From Utricularia gibba (Eukaryota > Plantae > Magnoliophyta), in NCBI GenBank assembly GCA_002189035.1, contig NEEC01000004.1:62001-126000 (forward strand): DNA of 64,000 nt. Reading direction: 5' to 3'. How positions within the stretch are numbered: position 1 is the stretch's first letter; the number at the start of each line of letters is the position of its first letter. The position numbers and the translations under genes are program-made. Under the pieces are notes generated by a model. That model saw only the letters and a program-made list of their open reading frames with translations, searched no databases and had not been told where the DNA came from. Positions 12,798-25,900 of the stretch are shown here, piece after piece.

Positions 12798-14594
12798 TTA
12801 CCGTCCTTTGTCGAAGGCAATGCGTGATCTACCCGAGCCTTCAAAGCCATCACGCATGGATCCAGCAGCAGCCCTCATTGTGCCACTGGTACCGACTCTG
12901 TCCATTGCTTTTTTGCCTGTTTTGACCTCTGTCAAGAATTGATCCAGGCCAAATGGATCTTCTTCAGGTGGGTGCTCCTTGTCAAACTCAACGGGTCTGT
13001 CTCTTGGGCCAGTCCTCTCGGATGTACCTGTGAATCCCTTGTCTGGTTTAAAGCGCTCTGTCTTCATTAGCTTTTCAAGCTGCTCGTCAGCTCCACCATA
13101 TGCCTCGTCGTCCATATCCTTCTTAGGCTTGTATAGGGTGCTTAATGCAGATTGTGTTGTGAACAGCCCCTTGTCGTAGATATTGTAGGCATCATCAGTG
13201 GCGAAGCCAGAATCCATTCCCTTCTCCTGGTTGAACAACCTCTGATCGTACATAACCTCGCCTCCTCTTCCGCCAGTGGAGGCCATTCCAAGAGCAACTT
13301 TCTCACTAATATCACGGTCCCTATCTCTGGTAATTTTGCTCTTCTTTCCCATTGCAGCATCTTTCGCCTCTAGTCTTCTCTCTCTCTCCCTTTCTCTTCG
13401 CCTCTCCTCTCGTATTTTTTCTCTCTCCAACCTCTTCTCTCTCTCTTCTCTTGTTTCCTTGGGCGCGTCTCTGAATTCACCATCATAGTCTGCACTTCCA
13501 ACATCTTTACCAACACCTCTCTCAGAGGGCATGGGAGCAGCAGCTGGCGCAATGCCAGTTCTCTCAGAACGTGCCTTCCGAGCCAACTCCCGCAGCTCCA
13601 TTTCTTTCTTCTCCTTTTCTTTCATCATCATCTCTCTCTGAACCTTGGTCCTCATTGCCACAGCTTCTCTTGCTTTCTGTTCCGCAACATACAGAGCTTC
13701 CGACAACTTTGCAAAATTGTCATTAATTTGAACCTCCTGAAGCCCCCGACCATCAGCAGCCAAACGCTTGTCCAGAGGGATGGTATATCCTTTCGGGTTC
13801 TTCCAATTAGAAATGCAAGGAGGGATCTTCCAATCCTGTTGGTCCTTTACAGTCACGGGTCTAGGTGGAGAATGCATAACAGGAACAGGTGGAGATCCAG
13901 AAGCTTTAGGAACCCTCTTGTGTTTAAACTTTGGAGGCTCCAGGGGATCCACTGGCATCTCAACCATGCGTATAACTCTCTCTTTTGCACCGGAATTGAA
14001 TGCCGCTGACTGCTGGGATGGCTTGTACTTAATGAACTTGGAATCAGATGATTGCTTTGGAACATTTTTAGGCTGAGCAGCACTCAACCTCACATTCACA
14101 ATCTTCTCCAAGGCAGCTTTAGTTTCTTGGGTTGTTTCATCAATTTCATTCTGCCTCTCATCCACATCCATCTCATCCTTTTCCAGATTGTCTTTTGCAA
14201 AGATCGGTACAAGATCTGAGTGCTGAGAGTAAACAATCTTCTTCGCATTCTCATTCTGCTTGACAATTGCATCATATCTCAAGTTCCCTTGCTCATCCAC
14301 AGTAAGGGGCAGGGTATGGCCACCAGGCTTTTGATTTTTAATACGACCCATTCCAAGTGGATATTGTGCATAATGGATTTCAGGAAACGCACCGCCATCC
14401 CCAAAGTCCTCTGGTTTGGACGGCTTAAAACCAGCACGTTTCAAATATGGTGGGACAGGCTTAGCCTTTGGGGCCTCTGAGGTCTCTTCCTCCGAGGCGT
14501 TATACCTGCTTTTGAACCATGGATCATTAGAATGATCGTAATTCGAACTCACTGTTGACTTTGGCTTTGGAAGAATTTCTGTCAAGGCCACCAT
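12798..14594 (-). CDS. SKIP: SNW/SKI-interacting protein (spliceosomal Prp45/SNW1)
   Basis: Intronless CDS from ATG 14594 (MVALTEILPKPKS). Motifs DFGDGGAFPEIH, DPLEPPKFKHKRVP, SPPVPVMHSPPR, PPCISNWKNPKGY. Confidence 0.97.
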   Translation of the reverse strand: MVALTEILPKPKSTVSSNYDHSNDPWFKSRYNASEEETSEAPKAKPVPPYLKRAGFKPSKPEDFGDGGAFPEIHYAQYPLGMGRIKNQKPGGHTLPLTVDEQGNLRYDAIVKQNENAKKIVYSQHSDLVPIFAKDNLEKDEMDVDERQNEIDETTQETKAALEKIVNVRLSAAQPKNVPKQSSDSKFIKYKPSQQSAAFNSGAKERVIRMVEMPVDPLEPPKFKHKRVPKASGSPPVPVMHSPPRPVTVKDQQDWKIPPCISNWKNPKGYTIPLDKRLAADGRGLQEVQINDNFAKLSEALYVAEQKAREAVAMRTKVQREMMMKEKEKKEMELRELARKARSERTGIAPAAAPMPSERGVGKDVGSADYDGEFRDAPKETREEREKRLEREKIREERRRERERERRLEAKDAAMGKKSKITRDRDRDISEKVALGMASTGGRGGEVMYDQRLFNQEKGMDSGFATDDAYNIYDKGLFTTQSALSTLYKPKKDMDDEAYGGADEQLEKLMKTERFKPDKGFTGTSERTGPRDRPVEFDKEHPPEEDPFGLDQFLTEVKTGKKAMDRVGTSGTMRAAAGSMRDGFEGSGRSRIAFDKGR

Positions 14595-14631
14595 CGCTAC
14601 TCCGATTCTGTTGTGCAATTAGCTACGTGAG

Positions 14632-14999
14632 CTGCGCAAAATCAAAATAAAAAAAGAAAAAACTTCACCGCCTAACCAACCAAAAGCTGAAGAAATTTTT
14701 ATTCCTTCAATTTCGAGAACTCTCAAAAATTGAACGAAACGATGAAGGAACTACACGACAAGCATCCCAACCAACAGAGCACTGAAGAAAACCAGGATTT
14801 GAATCAGCCAAAGAAAACAATTTGAAGAAAAATTTACCCAGACCCAAAACCTGAACAAACGAATCGCGGATCCTAGTAGGAACCAAATCAACTACACGAA
14901 CCGACGAAAATTCAACACCACGTAGATAAATTACAAAATACGCCTCCCCGCGAAACAGGAAAGGTAAAATCCACCAACAAAAGAAAACCAAATACTCAC
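14632..14999 (-). other. Probable 5'-UTR intron of SKIP
   Basis: Minus-strand donor GTGAGT at 14999, T-rich body, and acceptor ttttgcgcAG ending at 14632, 37 nt upstream of the ATG. Confidence 0.6.
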
Positions 15000-15216
15000 A
15001 AAACTAACACCGATCCTCGCAGAAAACGAAAATCTGGCTCAGAGGAGAATCACAGAACTGTGAAGAGAGGATTCCCCAACAGAAGCACGCTGAATCCAAA
15101 CGGGCTGCGGAAATCGTCGAACTAAGATCCCTCTCCCCCGCCGCCCTAAAATAAAACCAAGAATTCAAGATGTATCACAATCCTAATCTGCCTGATCCGG
15201 TTTTCGTTTCCTATAT

Positions 15217-15237
15217 TGGGCCAATTGGACCGGCCCA
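15217..15237 (-). promoter_or_regulatory. Paired site II elements in the SKIP promoter
   Basis: TGGGCC 15217-15222 and GGCCCA 15232-15237, upstream of the leader exon. Confidence 0.5.
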
Positions 15238-15682
15238 ATTACATTTCTTTGAACTTCTAAAAGAAAATTGTTGCATTTTTATTTATTGTTTGATTTTAAC
15301 ACAAAAATAAATTATTTCATGCAAAGATTCTCTTTTCCGACAGGAGAGGTGCATAAGCAAAGAGCAGAATGATGAACAGAATGGAGAACATCCATCCCCT
15401 GCAGGCTGCAGTACAACATCTAGTTCCAAGTGCAAAGAAAGCATCAGATGTGAAGAGATTGGATACAACAGAACCTTAATTGGGACACCAATTGCAGGGA
15501 GGGGGCATCCTGATCACGAAAGCCCACAGCTCCCCTACAAGAGTTGTGAGCTGTAGAATCCATGCAAGGGGACTGGAGCTGTGTTGAGTTCCCAACGTCA
15601 CTTCATTCAACTTTCAAGAAAAAATCAAACACAGAAAAGGGAGTCTTCTCCTGTCACAAAGTGGCGCGGCAATCCGCTGGAT

Positions 15683-18600
15683 TCACGCATTCCTACCGTA
15701 ACCTTTCCATCCATGGAAGGCAGGAGCGCTGGAGAACTGGTTCCCACTTCTACGCCCTGCAAAAAGAGATGATGAATGAAATGAGGTTTTTTTTTTTCTT
15801 TTTTTTTTGTGTGTGAGAGATTCGAAGGCCAAGTCGGCTGTGCTTTATGCAAATCGCAAGATGCTGAAGGATGCAGATATGGAGTACTGACCATCGCGAA
15901 AAGGGGCTGTTCTCCCAAGGTTTTGGCGAGGCTGCTGACCCAGGTGGCTGGTGGAACCTGGGGTTATATGGGGTGTGAACTGAGATTTACTCGCCATGTG
16001 TGAAGAATATCCATGGCTTTCTGCACTACCACCTGCTTCGCTGCCATCATACCTACGGAAGAGCACAGAGCAACACAAAGACTATATTAAGTGTTGTTTT
16101 TTAAAACAATCTGTAGAGTTAAATCGTAGTAACACTCTGTGAAGAGATATTGACATGCAAACAAATAGTACAAGGCACAAGGTTGCACTTGCACTTCACA
16201 TGCCAAATGGCACAAGCAAAAAATATAACTATTTGTTTGGAATTTCCCAAGGGACATGAATACCTTTGCTTGGAAGCCCAAGCATTTGTAAGGAGGTTAG
16301 GTCTCGCAGCCATCTCTAATGATTCATTGGTTGCCAAGGATTTACTCAGGTGCATCCCCTTCATAAATTCACTTGTCATGAGACTCACTTCTGCATTATC
16401 TTCTAGCAAAAGTGATTCTTCACTGCACACCGATACAACAAGAGACGCTAAAGTCACATCTATGACACTCAAACATCGCTGAAGTCACATGTCTACCTGT
16501 AATTGGGATCCCAGTCACCAGGATCAGGTAACATGTTACTACCCTCCGGCTTCTCAGAGATGCTTCCATGGAAAGACTGCATTTTAGAAGATAAGAAGCT
16601 AGAGGATACACCCCTTCCTCCTAGATGCGTTCTCCTTGATGATGGGGCTGTGGTCCACTGCCCTTGTGAAGGAGAACCAGCTAGCAGAGATGTGTTCGCC
16701 TCAGATGGGCAGTAACTCTTTAATTCACCGGGTTGTCTCGGGCAGGATGAAGAGGATACGGGATCCTGCGATTGGAAATTTTGATTGTGTGCCCAGTTAA
16801 CTCGTTTGTTGTATTGACTGCCTGATGTCATTTTTCCCAGTGGAGAACCTTGACAATTGCTTCGAATCGGAGAAGGAGGGCCATACTGTCCAGGTGAACC
16901 AACAGAAAATTGACTAAAAGAGCCGGGAGGAGTGAATTGTGAAGGACTAGAACCAAGAGGCATGGGAGCAAAATTCCCAGGGCTGAAACCAATTCCATTT
17001 CCATGTGGAAAATGCCTCATTCGCCATGTCTCAGGACTACCTCCAACAACAGGGATGCCACTTTTGTTGTAGAGATTCATGGAAGACGGACCAGCTGGAG
17101 AGTAAAATGCATTGAAATTATGCCCATCACCATAACTCCCATAGCTACTTCCAAGAGGCATGTTCTCATTGTAGCTTCCATGGCTTCCCAAGCTCCCATA
17201 ACTACCATGATGCACCTGAGACATTGTTTGATAATGCGGACTACTGTGAACCCATGCAGGATTCATGCATGAGACCTACAAAACAAAAAAAAAAGATATC
17301 ATGTCCTGCACGAAGGAGTGCTAAGTCGAAAAATAAAAATACTCACATTTGGAGAGAGCCCAGCAGCAAACCAGTGCCCCGCGGCAGGATGATGGAAAAC
17401 TTTAACATTCTGAGGAACGGGCTGGGGAAAAGAAGGGTAAAATATAAAAATTTCATAAAGCATTTTAAGGAATGACGGCCCTGTAGGTAACCACCAAAAA
17501 ATTGATCACCCTTTAGTTACATGAAAGTACGAACTCAATGCAAACAAAGGACAAAAAGCATCATAAGTACAACAGTGAACTAAGAGATCGTAACAATTCA
17601 GAAAATTCATGTCAGGATCTTTGTACTGGAAATAAAAACTTCACCATGGAAGGGGGTTCCTCAGCTGGTTTATATGGATGCGTGAATGGCTCCCCAGTCA
17701 CAAAGGGGTGCTTTGAAGCCTAGACATTATTGACGTTTGGCAAGATTATTGACATAAGCACATGAAAATGGTTAAGGGAGGGGAAAAACACAAATGATAG
17801 AAAGCTTTTACATCTCAGAATAGCATACAGAAAAACCCTAAATAATCTATTTCACGAAGTGGTGGATGCAACTTTACTCTTTAACAGGAGCAATTATGCA
17901 ATAAGAATATGTCAATCCTCAGACAGGACAGTCAGAGAAAGAGTTCAGTTAAATTTCTGTGAAAGACAGAAATCGAAATAACCAAAACATGTTCGTTACT
18001 ATTGATGAATGGAATCCTGCACTAAGTGAAGTGTGATTCATACTTCATCAAGCTTTGCATGCTTAACATTTGCAGATAAGCTATAACACGACATTAGAAA
18101 TAAAGGGTTGAAACAGAATGCTGCAGTCAGTGCAGAACACTCGTACCTGCAGTGGAGACCAGCGTTTTGCTGGATCAAATTCAAGAAGGCCCCTCAACAA
18201 ATCAATAAGTGCCAGTCGCATGTGACTTTCTGTAAGACCCAGGGATCAATATGATACCAAAATATTACTCTTTTCTATGTAAGTACATAAAGATAAATAC
18301 CTTTAGCAAGTTCTTCATCCGCCAAATTCTTCCTATAAGGATACTTCATGATAACCTCTTTGAGGTTCATATTATTAAAGTACTCCTTACCAATTAATGG
18401 TTTCGCAGATTCCCTCTGAACAAATAATCAGAAAGGTATAAAGGGTGAGCGCGAGAACAACAAGAAAAGTAGATAAATGAAAAAGACATCAGAAGTAATA
18501 AACAAAAATAGAAGCTTCCATTTGAAAAATTTACACACCACCAACACTAATTCCTGATGCACAGCATCTTGAAATTGAGACTTGCTAACTAATTTTTACC

Positions 18601-21600
18601 ATTACAAAAGTTATGAGATGCCTTTGTGAAATAAAAGACATCCCACGATCAAAATTCCAACAGACGGTAAAAAAGGATATGGTGGGGTATAAAAACATAT
18701 TTCAAAGAAAGAAAAGGTTGTCCCCATAACAAACCCAAGAACTAAAGTGAACATTTTGAGATGTAAAAAGTTGCCTCTACATCTTTTCAATGCACTTACA
18801 GCAGTATACTCTTCCTCAGTCAAGGCTCGGAACAAGCTAGGACTACTTCCATGTTTGAGGCCTGTTTCTTCATAGTTGGTGCTCCCGATGAGTTTAAAAA
18901 ACTTGCTAGTATTTTTGGCATTCCGCAGGAGATAGTCAGGAGGTTGGGACCTGTCAAGTTGTATTTTTTTTTTCATGTGTCAAAGCCAACTGCAACTGAA
19001 TCAAATATTTGAGCAAGAAAATTTGAAGAAAGCAGATAAGAAAACTACTAAAACTGGTAAAAAGAAGCTTCCAAACAACCGTGTTTACTGTGTATCAGAT
19101 GAGCAACATGCCCCTTTTGAATTATCAATGTAAGTAGACAATTCAATCCACTGAGCTTACAGAATAGAAACACACAGGTCTACAACATAAATAAAAAAAT
19201 TCATCGATGAAAAATACAAATCAGATGAGTTGGAGAGGTAAGAAGACTGATATAGAGTTAATAAAGTTAAAGTGTTCTTAACCAAAGTAACACAACACAA
19301 TACTGTACAATCTCTCTACAACCACTTCAAGAAGTTTGTAAGTGTTGGAGAACAAAGCTGAATAGAAAGATTTCGAACCATTAGAAAAGGTAACAGTTGC
19401 CTAAAGACAGAGCCTTGTCATATCACCCATAAAAGGAGATGAAGTAGATAGAAAAAAAATATATACTAGCTGAGATATAAGCTTAGTAAATGGAATAATA
19501 CCATGTCAATAAACATCAGAAGTGAAAAATAAAAATATTATACCCTAGAATCTTGATCATTCTCCTCAGAAGATCAAATTCTGAGCCGCCTGGAAACAAT
19601 GGAAGCCCCAGAAACAGCTCAGCGATAATACACCCAAGTGACCACATATCAATAGCGCTCGTGTACCTATGCAAGATTAAGGCTCTACAGCATAACTTGC
19701 ATACACATAATCAAATGAAAGTCAATTAATAGTGCATAAAAAGAAGAGAAGAAGGGCACAAAACAGCGACTCTCCTGCAATTGGTTTGCAACCATAGGCA
19801 TGTGATCTCAAACACAAACAGCATAAAAAAAAAAAGAAATAGAGCTAGCAAATAGCACAAGAGTATTTATTCAAATTTTTGCATAGTGCAGGATACTGAT
19901 ACCCAAGAAGAACTTCGGGTGATCTATAGTATCTACTCTGCATAAGAGAACAAACAAATTAATAATTCAATTAAAAATGTTTCTGATCTCTGGATATTTT
20001 CGATGTTTACCTGTATATATGAGTAAATAGTGTGATCATCCCTGCAGGCAGATCCAAAGTCTATAATTTTTATTTCTGTAGGCTTTAAGCTGCCACGTAC
20101 AAGAGAATTGTGCGTAATGAGGATAAGCAAGTTGACAACGTTTTTTAGTTTCCCAGAGTGACATCAATGAACTGCTAACCTTGAGCATAAAAGAATATTT
20201 TCCGGCTTTAGATCACAGTGGATTATACCAGCGTGCTTCATCAAAGACAGCCCGCTCAATATCTGTGCATACAAAACAAATTTTTATGAAGTGAAATTCC
20301 TGTGGTCAATCACAAATAGAAAACTGAAAAAGAAAACATAAGACCTGCTTCGAGAATAGCTGCACGACGCTCAAAGACAATCCACGAAAATTATTCAACT
20401 TTATTAGCTCATAACTGATACACAATTTCAAAAGTGGAGAAAAGCTTCGTTATTCAGGAAAAAAGATTGTAATTTAATAAAGATGAACAGCAGGAGCGGT
20501 AACTTACAGATTAATGTCAAGATGCTCAAAAACAATGCATAAATGGCCCTTGAAGACGAAATAATCATATATTCGCACAATGTGATGCTTGTCCTCAGGA
20601 TCGAACATGTTATTCAACTAGGGTACAAACAAGCAGCGAAACTTTCAGGAAGTTTTTTCATCAAATGAACAAGATTAAATGACAAAGTATGGCAAGTGAC
20701 TTAACCTTAGTTAGAAGACCAACTTCGACAAGTGCCTGCTGATAATACGCGGGTGAATTCTTGATTATCTTCACAGCCACAGAAGTTTTTGTTTCCAGGA
20801 CCCTACACTTGGCAACCTGACCAAATGTTCCATGACCCAACATGCCTTTAACAATGTACCTGCACACAATGAACATGTAGCATCACAAAATGCATACTCC
20901 ATCCAGGGAGATTAATGTACAAAACTGTAAAAAGCGCACAGATCATAGACAAATTAAGCCACAACTTAGACAATGCACGCTGTATGCTCAAACTATTCAA
21001 TAATCATAATTACTCTCTCTTCATGCTAATCATGCACAAATAATTCTTTCACGAAAACAAAAATTTCTAGAAAATATTCTAGAATAAAAGCGAGCAACAC
21101 ATCTTGCAACAGAGATTTTCAGCTTCTTGTAATCATATTAAATGCACCTTTGGTTTTTGTGAGAATTCACCAAAGAATAATTCACACTGAGGATGAGGTC
21201 GGAGTTTGCATTATCATAGCCATCATTCAACACTCCAATAGAAGGCGATGTCAAGAAGACTTTGGGAATGGATTCTTCTGAATAACGGAACTGGCTATTG
21301 CAGTTTTGATAGACCTCAACGATATCTTTTGTCAAACGTGCAACCAACTGCAGCATACACAAATAAGTAAATCAATTTATATAAAAATCCGTTGCAAAAA
21401 ATTTATATCTCTGTGAATATGACTGTGAATGCTAACCATCAAAGTGATCAAGGAAATGCCAAATGAGATCAAATTTTTCTATTGGCCTCTAATTCAGTCT
21501 CCAAAACTACGATCTTTCCCTATCCAACACTCAAAAGCTATTATCTATTTCCATTGCTTACAAAACTATGGCCTTTTTCCTATTCAACAGACGATAATAT

Positions 21601-22052
21601 GACAATTGGTTATGAAAAATTGTTTGATGTTATGCCCAGCTTTTTCTTTTACCTTCATAGTGATGGATGAAACCAAAGAAAGTATTATAGAATAGGAAGG
21701 TTTGTGCGAACCAACTTTCGCAAGCAGTGGCAAAAAAGCTTAATTCACCCTGACTACCACAACATGTTTCAAAGACTGGAAAAGCCTAATAACCCTGAAA
21801 ATAAACCAAGAGGTCACTAAAGACAGAAAAGACCAGAAAAAAAGGATCAGCTACCGGTCTTCTTACAGCCACTCGACGCGGCTGGGAATTCATATTAGTT
21901 TCTGCTACTGAAGAATATCTACGAAACGCGAGCGGCCGTGGATGCCATGGCATGTGCCCCAACTCCGATGAAGATGGCGTTGAGCTGAGGCCTGATTCTG
22001 AATCTAGGGACAATGACTCTTTGTCCCGGGTACCATTACATATCTCCTCCAT
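15683..22052 (-). CDS. YAK1: DYRK-family dual-specificity kinase YAK1
   Basis: Multi-exon gene with motifs [70 protein letters not shown]. The last exon 15756-15683 (GRRSGNQF...GYGRNA*) is missed by the ORF track. Upstream in-frame ATGs at 22061 and 22058 are alternative starts. Confidence 0.93.
19667..19896 (-). other. U12-type (minor spliceosome) GT-AG intron in YAK1
   Basis: 5' splice site GTATCCT at 19896. Branch-like CCTTAAT at 19682-19676, about 10 nt before the AG. The flanking exons join in phase as LGYQ|YTSAIDMW. Confidence 0.8.
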
Positions 22053-22996
22053 AACCATCATATTTCTTCCTCAAGAAACCCCCATTAACCAATACGGAAA
22101 CTCCGCTACTATATGAATACGCAAGAACAACACAGCTCCAGGTCCCGAGTTAGGAACTAGATTTATCACAGAAATCGCGGGAATATCCCAATCAGTGATC
22201 GCGTCCTCGCTAGCCAGCCCCAGGCGAAACTCAGAAGAATAACCCGAAAAACTTAGGCCAATTAGCAAAAAAAAGTCGAAACTTTGGAGTCAAACGCAGC
22301 TAAATGATCCAGACTCGGGCATCATCAAACATCAACACATATTTGCCCAAGTGAATGGATTCAGCAGATTGGTGATCAATCCCGACATGATGAAATATGA
22401 AATCTTTGTACTCCCTTGATAGATAGCTCCTTCACCCAGTGAATCAAGAATTTTGTCGCCTTTGGGGTCGAGAGAGATGCCCACTCTTCTCCTCTATCCA
22501 AACTGAATTCCCCATTTGCTCCAACATCTTGACTCTTATGAGACCACCAAAACCAAACAGAAAGAAAAAAATATGCAGATTAAATAATAAAGAAGGAAAA
22601 ACGACAAATTAAAATCATTTTTATAGTCAATTAAATTCTGTAATTTATAACCGGCCGTCTAAAAAAAAAAAAAATCATTTAAATTCTATTCCTATCATTT
22701 GCATTTCATTAAATCTACATAAAATTTAGAATAAATGAATTCATTGTTTTTTGACATACATAATAAAATTTCTCAAAATCTGATGCGGGTCTAGTTGCCC
22801 CTCTTTAAAAGAAGACAGCAAATTCCTCTAGTATGTTTCCACTGCATTCCCCTCTCGGCCCTGTTCTCAGGGCTTGCTTGATCTTCTTCTCCTGCTAGTT
22901 CCTGTGAATCAACATTCACTTGTACATCCAATGTCTTCTGATCCTTTCAGTCACGCGCATTTCGATTCCGAAAGCTCCGGTGCTTGTTCCTCTTCA

Positions 22997-25900
22997 CTAA
23001 GCTTGGGGTGATATGGGAGCAGTGGTGATGTAGGCCACCTTCGTTCTCCTCCCTTGGCTTTTCATGGATGATTGTGTTTTTCGTTTCTTTGTTGGGATTG
23101 CTTCTGCTTCCATGGTTTCATTTTCAGCAGCTTCTGTGGGCTCGTCTTCTTCAATCGAGCTTAGGATGGCCTGGTCACCTTGAGGTTCGATTACGGACAT
23201 GGCAGAAAGAGTGTAGTCCAACAGAAAGGTGCCTCTTTCCAGTCGGTCGATCCTGCTGAAGTGCCTCTCTGAATATGGAATAAGACCTTCAAGCAATTCA
23301 CCGATGCCCTTCATCTGCATAATTGGGAGGGAAAACCTGTGCATTGTCAGTTATCTAGAAATACCAGAGCAAGACCGAAAGCTGGATTTCTCCAGTTTCG
23401 CAGAATTGGTTAGGAAATCCTCAATAAGAAATTAGGAGCACCTCGACAATATCGGTGGGAGGGAGGATGCTGAATATTCGATACAAAACGAACTGTGCAA
23501 CATGGCACAGTTTTGGTTTTGTGTTCCAGTCTCTAATGTACTCGAAAAGAAAGCGCATCTCCTCCTTCCCAAAAGGGGCAATAGCCTTTTCAATAAGAAC
23601 ATCAGCGTGTGGCTTCCTGGGAAAAAGCAATTTAATTCAAGCACAACTACAAAGCCACAGTATATTCAAAGTGAGATGAGCTTCCATGCCTGCAGATTTC
23701 ACTAAATAACTCAAACAGCTTGTGAGGTCGACGAAGTTCGAAAGCTAGTTGAATAGCTCGAGTATAGTCAGCTTGTAATACAGCGTTGTCTAGTTCTTGT
23801 ACTTTCAAAACACTTTCCTCCTGCAATACAGCATAGTGAAAATAAGGGATTCAATACCACAGAGCTTATTGGGCCAGAGGAGGTAGTCTCACTTCTTTGC
23901 GGAAGGCTTCGTCTTTCTCTGCTGATGTGGAGTCGTGCCACAAATTAATAACTGCATCACCACCACCAGTTGCAAGCATCTCTGTGCGACTTCCAACAGC
24001 CAATGACCACACCTGCAGAAAAGGAGCACAGGAATGGCGAGCATGGGCATCAGAATTAAAAGTGGTAAAATAGCTATGCCGTGCATTTCCATTAGCATCT
24101 TCAAATAATAACATATGCATGCGACACTTTCGGTATTTCAGATATCTATACGAAAGCATATATTTTCCTCTTTAAATAAATCAGCACCTTATCCGCATGT
24201 TGGTCATATGTAGCCACACATTCATCAGTTCTGATTGTCCACAACTTGACCAAACCATCAGTGCCTACGATGAATTCTCTTCACTGAGCTTATGAACATA
24301 TGGTAGCATAAGAATGCGATGAAGAGTTACAAACTAGATTACCACAAGAGACGAATTGAGTCCCCCTTGTAACAAATGAGGCTCTTAAGACACCTGCTGT
24401 ATGCCCTTCAAATGTTCTTAGGCATGAGCCATCAGAAATAGACCATATTTTAATTGTCTTATCACCGGATGCAGTTATGACAGATTGGTCCACGGGAGAG
24501 AACTCTACAGACCAGATTCCCCTCTTATGGCCTCTAAGCACAACAACAGAAACAAGATCTGGGAGCCTCCATATGCATGCTGTGCGATCCTGAAAACATG
24601 AAAAAGCAAAACATTCAGGCTAAGAATTTATTCAGGCAACAATAGTGCGTTCATGTGTTTCTTGATTAGAACCTGGGAACCACTACAAACAAGGCTATCA
24701 TTGGGGGCAACTGCTAATGAATTAATGTCTTTGTCGTGGGCTGCCACCACTGCTTTTGTTTTTAGCATTAATACTTCATCTGAACCATTTGAGATCCCAT
24801 CTATGCTCCATACCTTCAGTGTGTGATCGCTAGTATCAAGATTGTAAATTAAATTTCATGTTAACAAAAATATAAGCATGGCCCATCATCAACAGCTGCA
24901 CCATTAAACTAACACCATTTTACAAAATACGTCAGCATATTACCTACTACCACTGACAAAAAAGTTCTTGCTTTTCTTTGAGAAGGCTATAGCACCAACA
25001 GCACTCACGTGTCCCATGCCAATTCCCACACAGCAGCGGCTATCACAATCCCACAATCGAACCTGAACAAGCAACAGAATTTGAAACTGCATCAGGAATC
25101 TGAAAATGAAATAAGATTCTTTGTAGCTTTGGTAAGACTGGGACACAGATAATACAAGGATCACTGAAGCATCCACAGAGCAACATCAATGAATCATTGC
25201 ATGCATCAGAAAACTTACACTGTTGTCCTTGCTCCCTGTTGCAATGAGAGTAGTCCCAGAACTCAGAACGCATGTATCAAGGCATAGCACCACATCCTTA
25301 TGCCCAGAAAGCACATAAGCACATGACATGGATGCCAGGTCATACACTCGAACCTACAATAGAACAAAATAATGTCAATCAGAAATAAAATTGAATCTTA
25401 ACGAGCTTTGTTGGAGAGCATAAAACTACAGGCCAGTGCTCAACATCAATAAACATGAAAAGCTAGTTAACTGTTAAATTTAATATTTTTTATATATTAT
25501 TGTAACTTGACTACATGTATTAAGATAATGCTTTCTGCATGTAAAATGAAAAAAGCTATTAAATAAATCAAAAGAAAATTCAACAATTGGTTTTGCACCT
25601 GCTCAACACTTGTAGCGACAGCTAAAAACTGTTCTTCTCCTCCCAAAAACTTCATATCCACGATCTCTTCATTATATCCGATCAGTCTTTTGTTCAGCAC
25701 CAGGTCAAAAAGGTTGCCATCAAATTTCTCCCAATCATAGATAAGAAATTGTTGGTCTGCTGTAACACAAAGCAATCCTTGGCCGGATGGTAGCATCATC
25801 ACTGAGATAAAACCCCTTTTCACCTCATCCGTGTCCAAGCTTGGACACAAATCTGATTGTTTTTGCTCGTATAGGATAGCCCTTTACCAGGAATACATCA

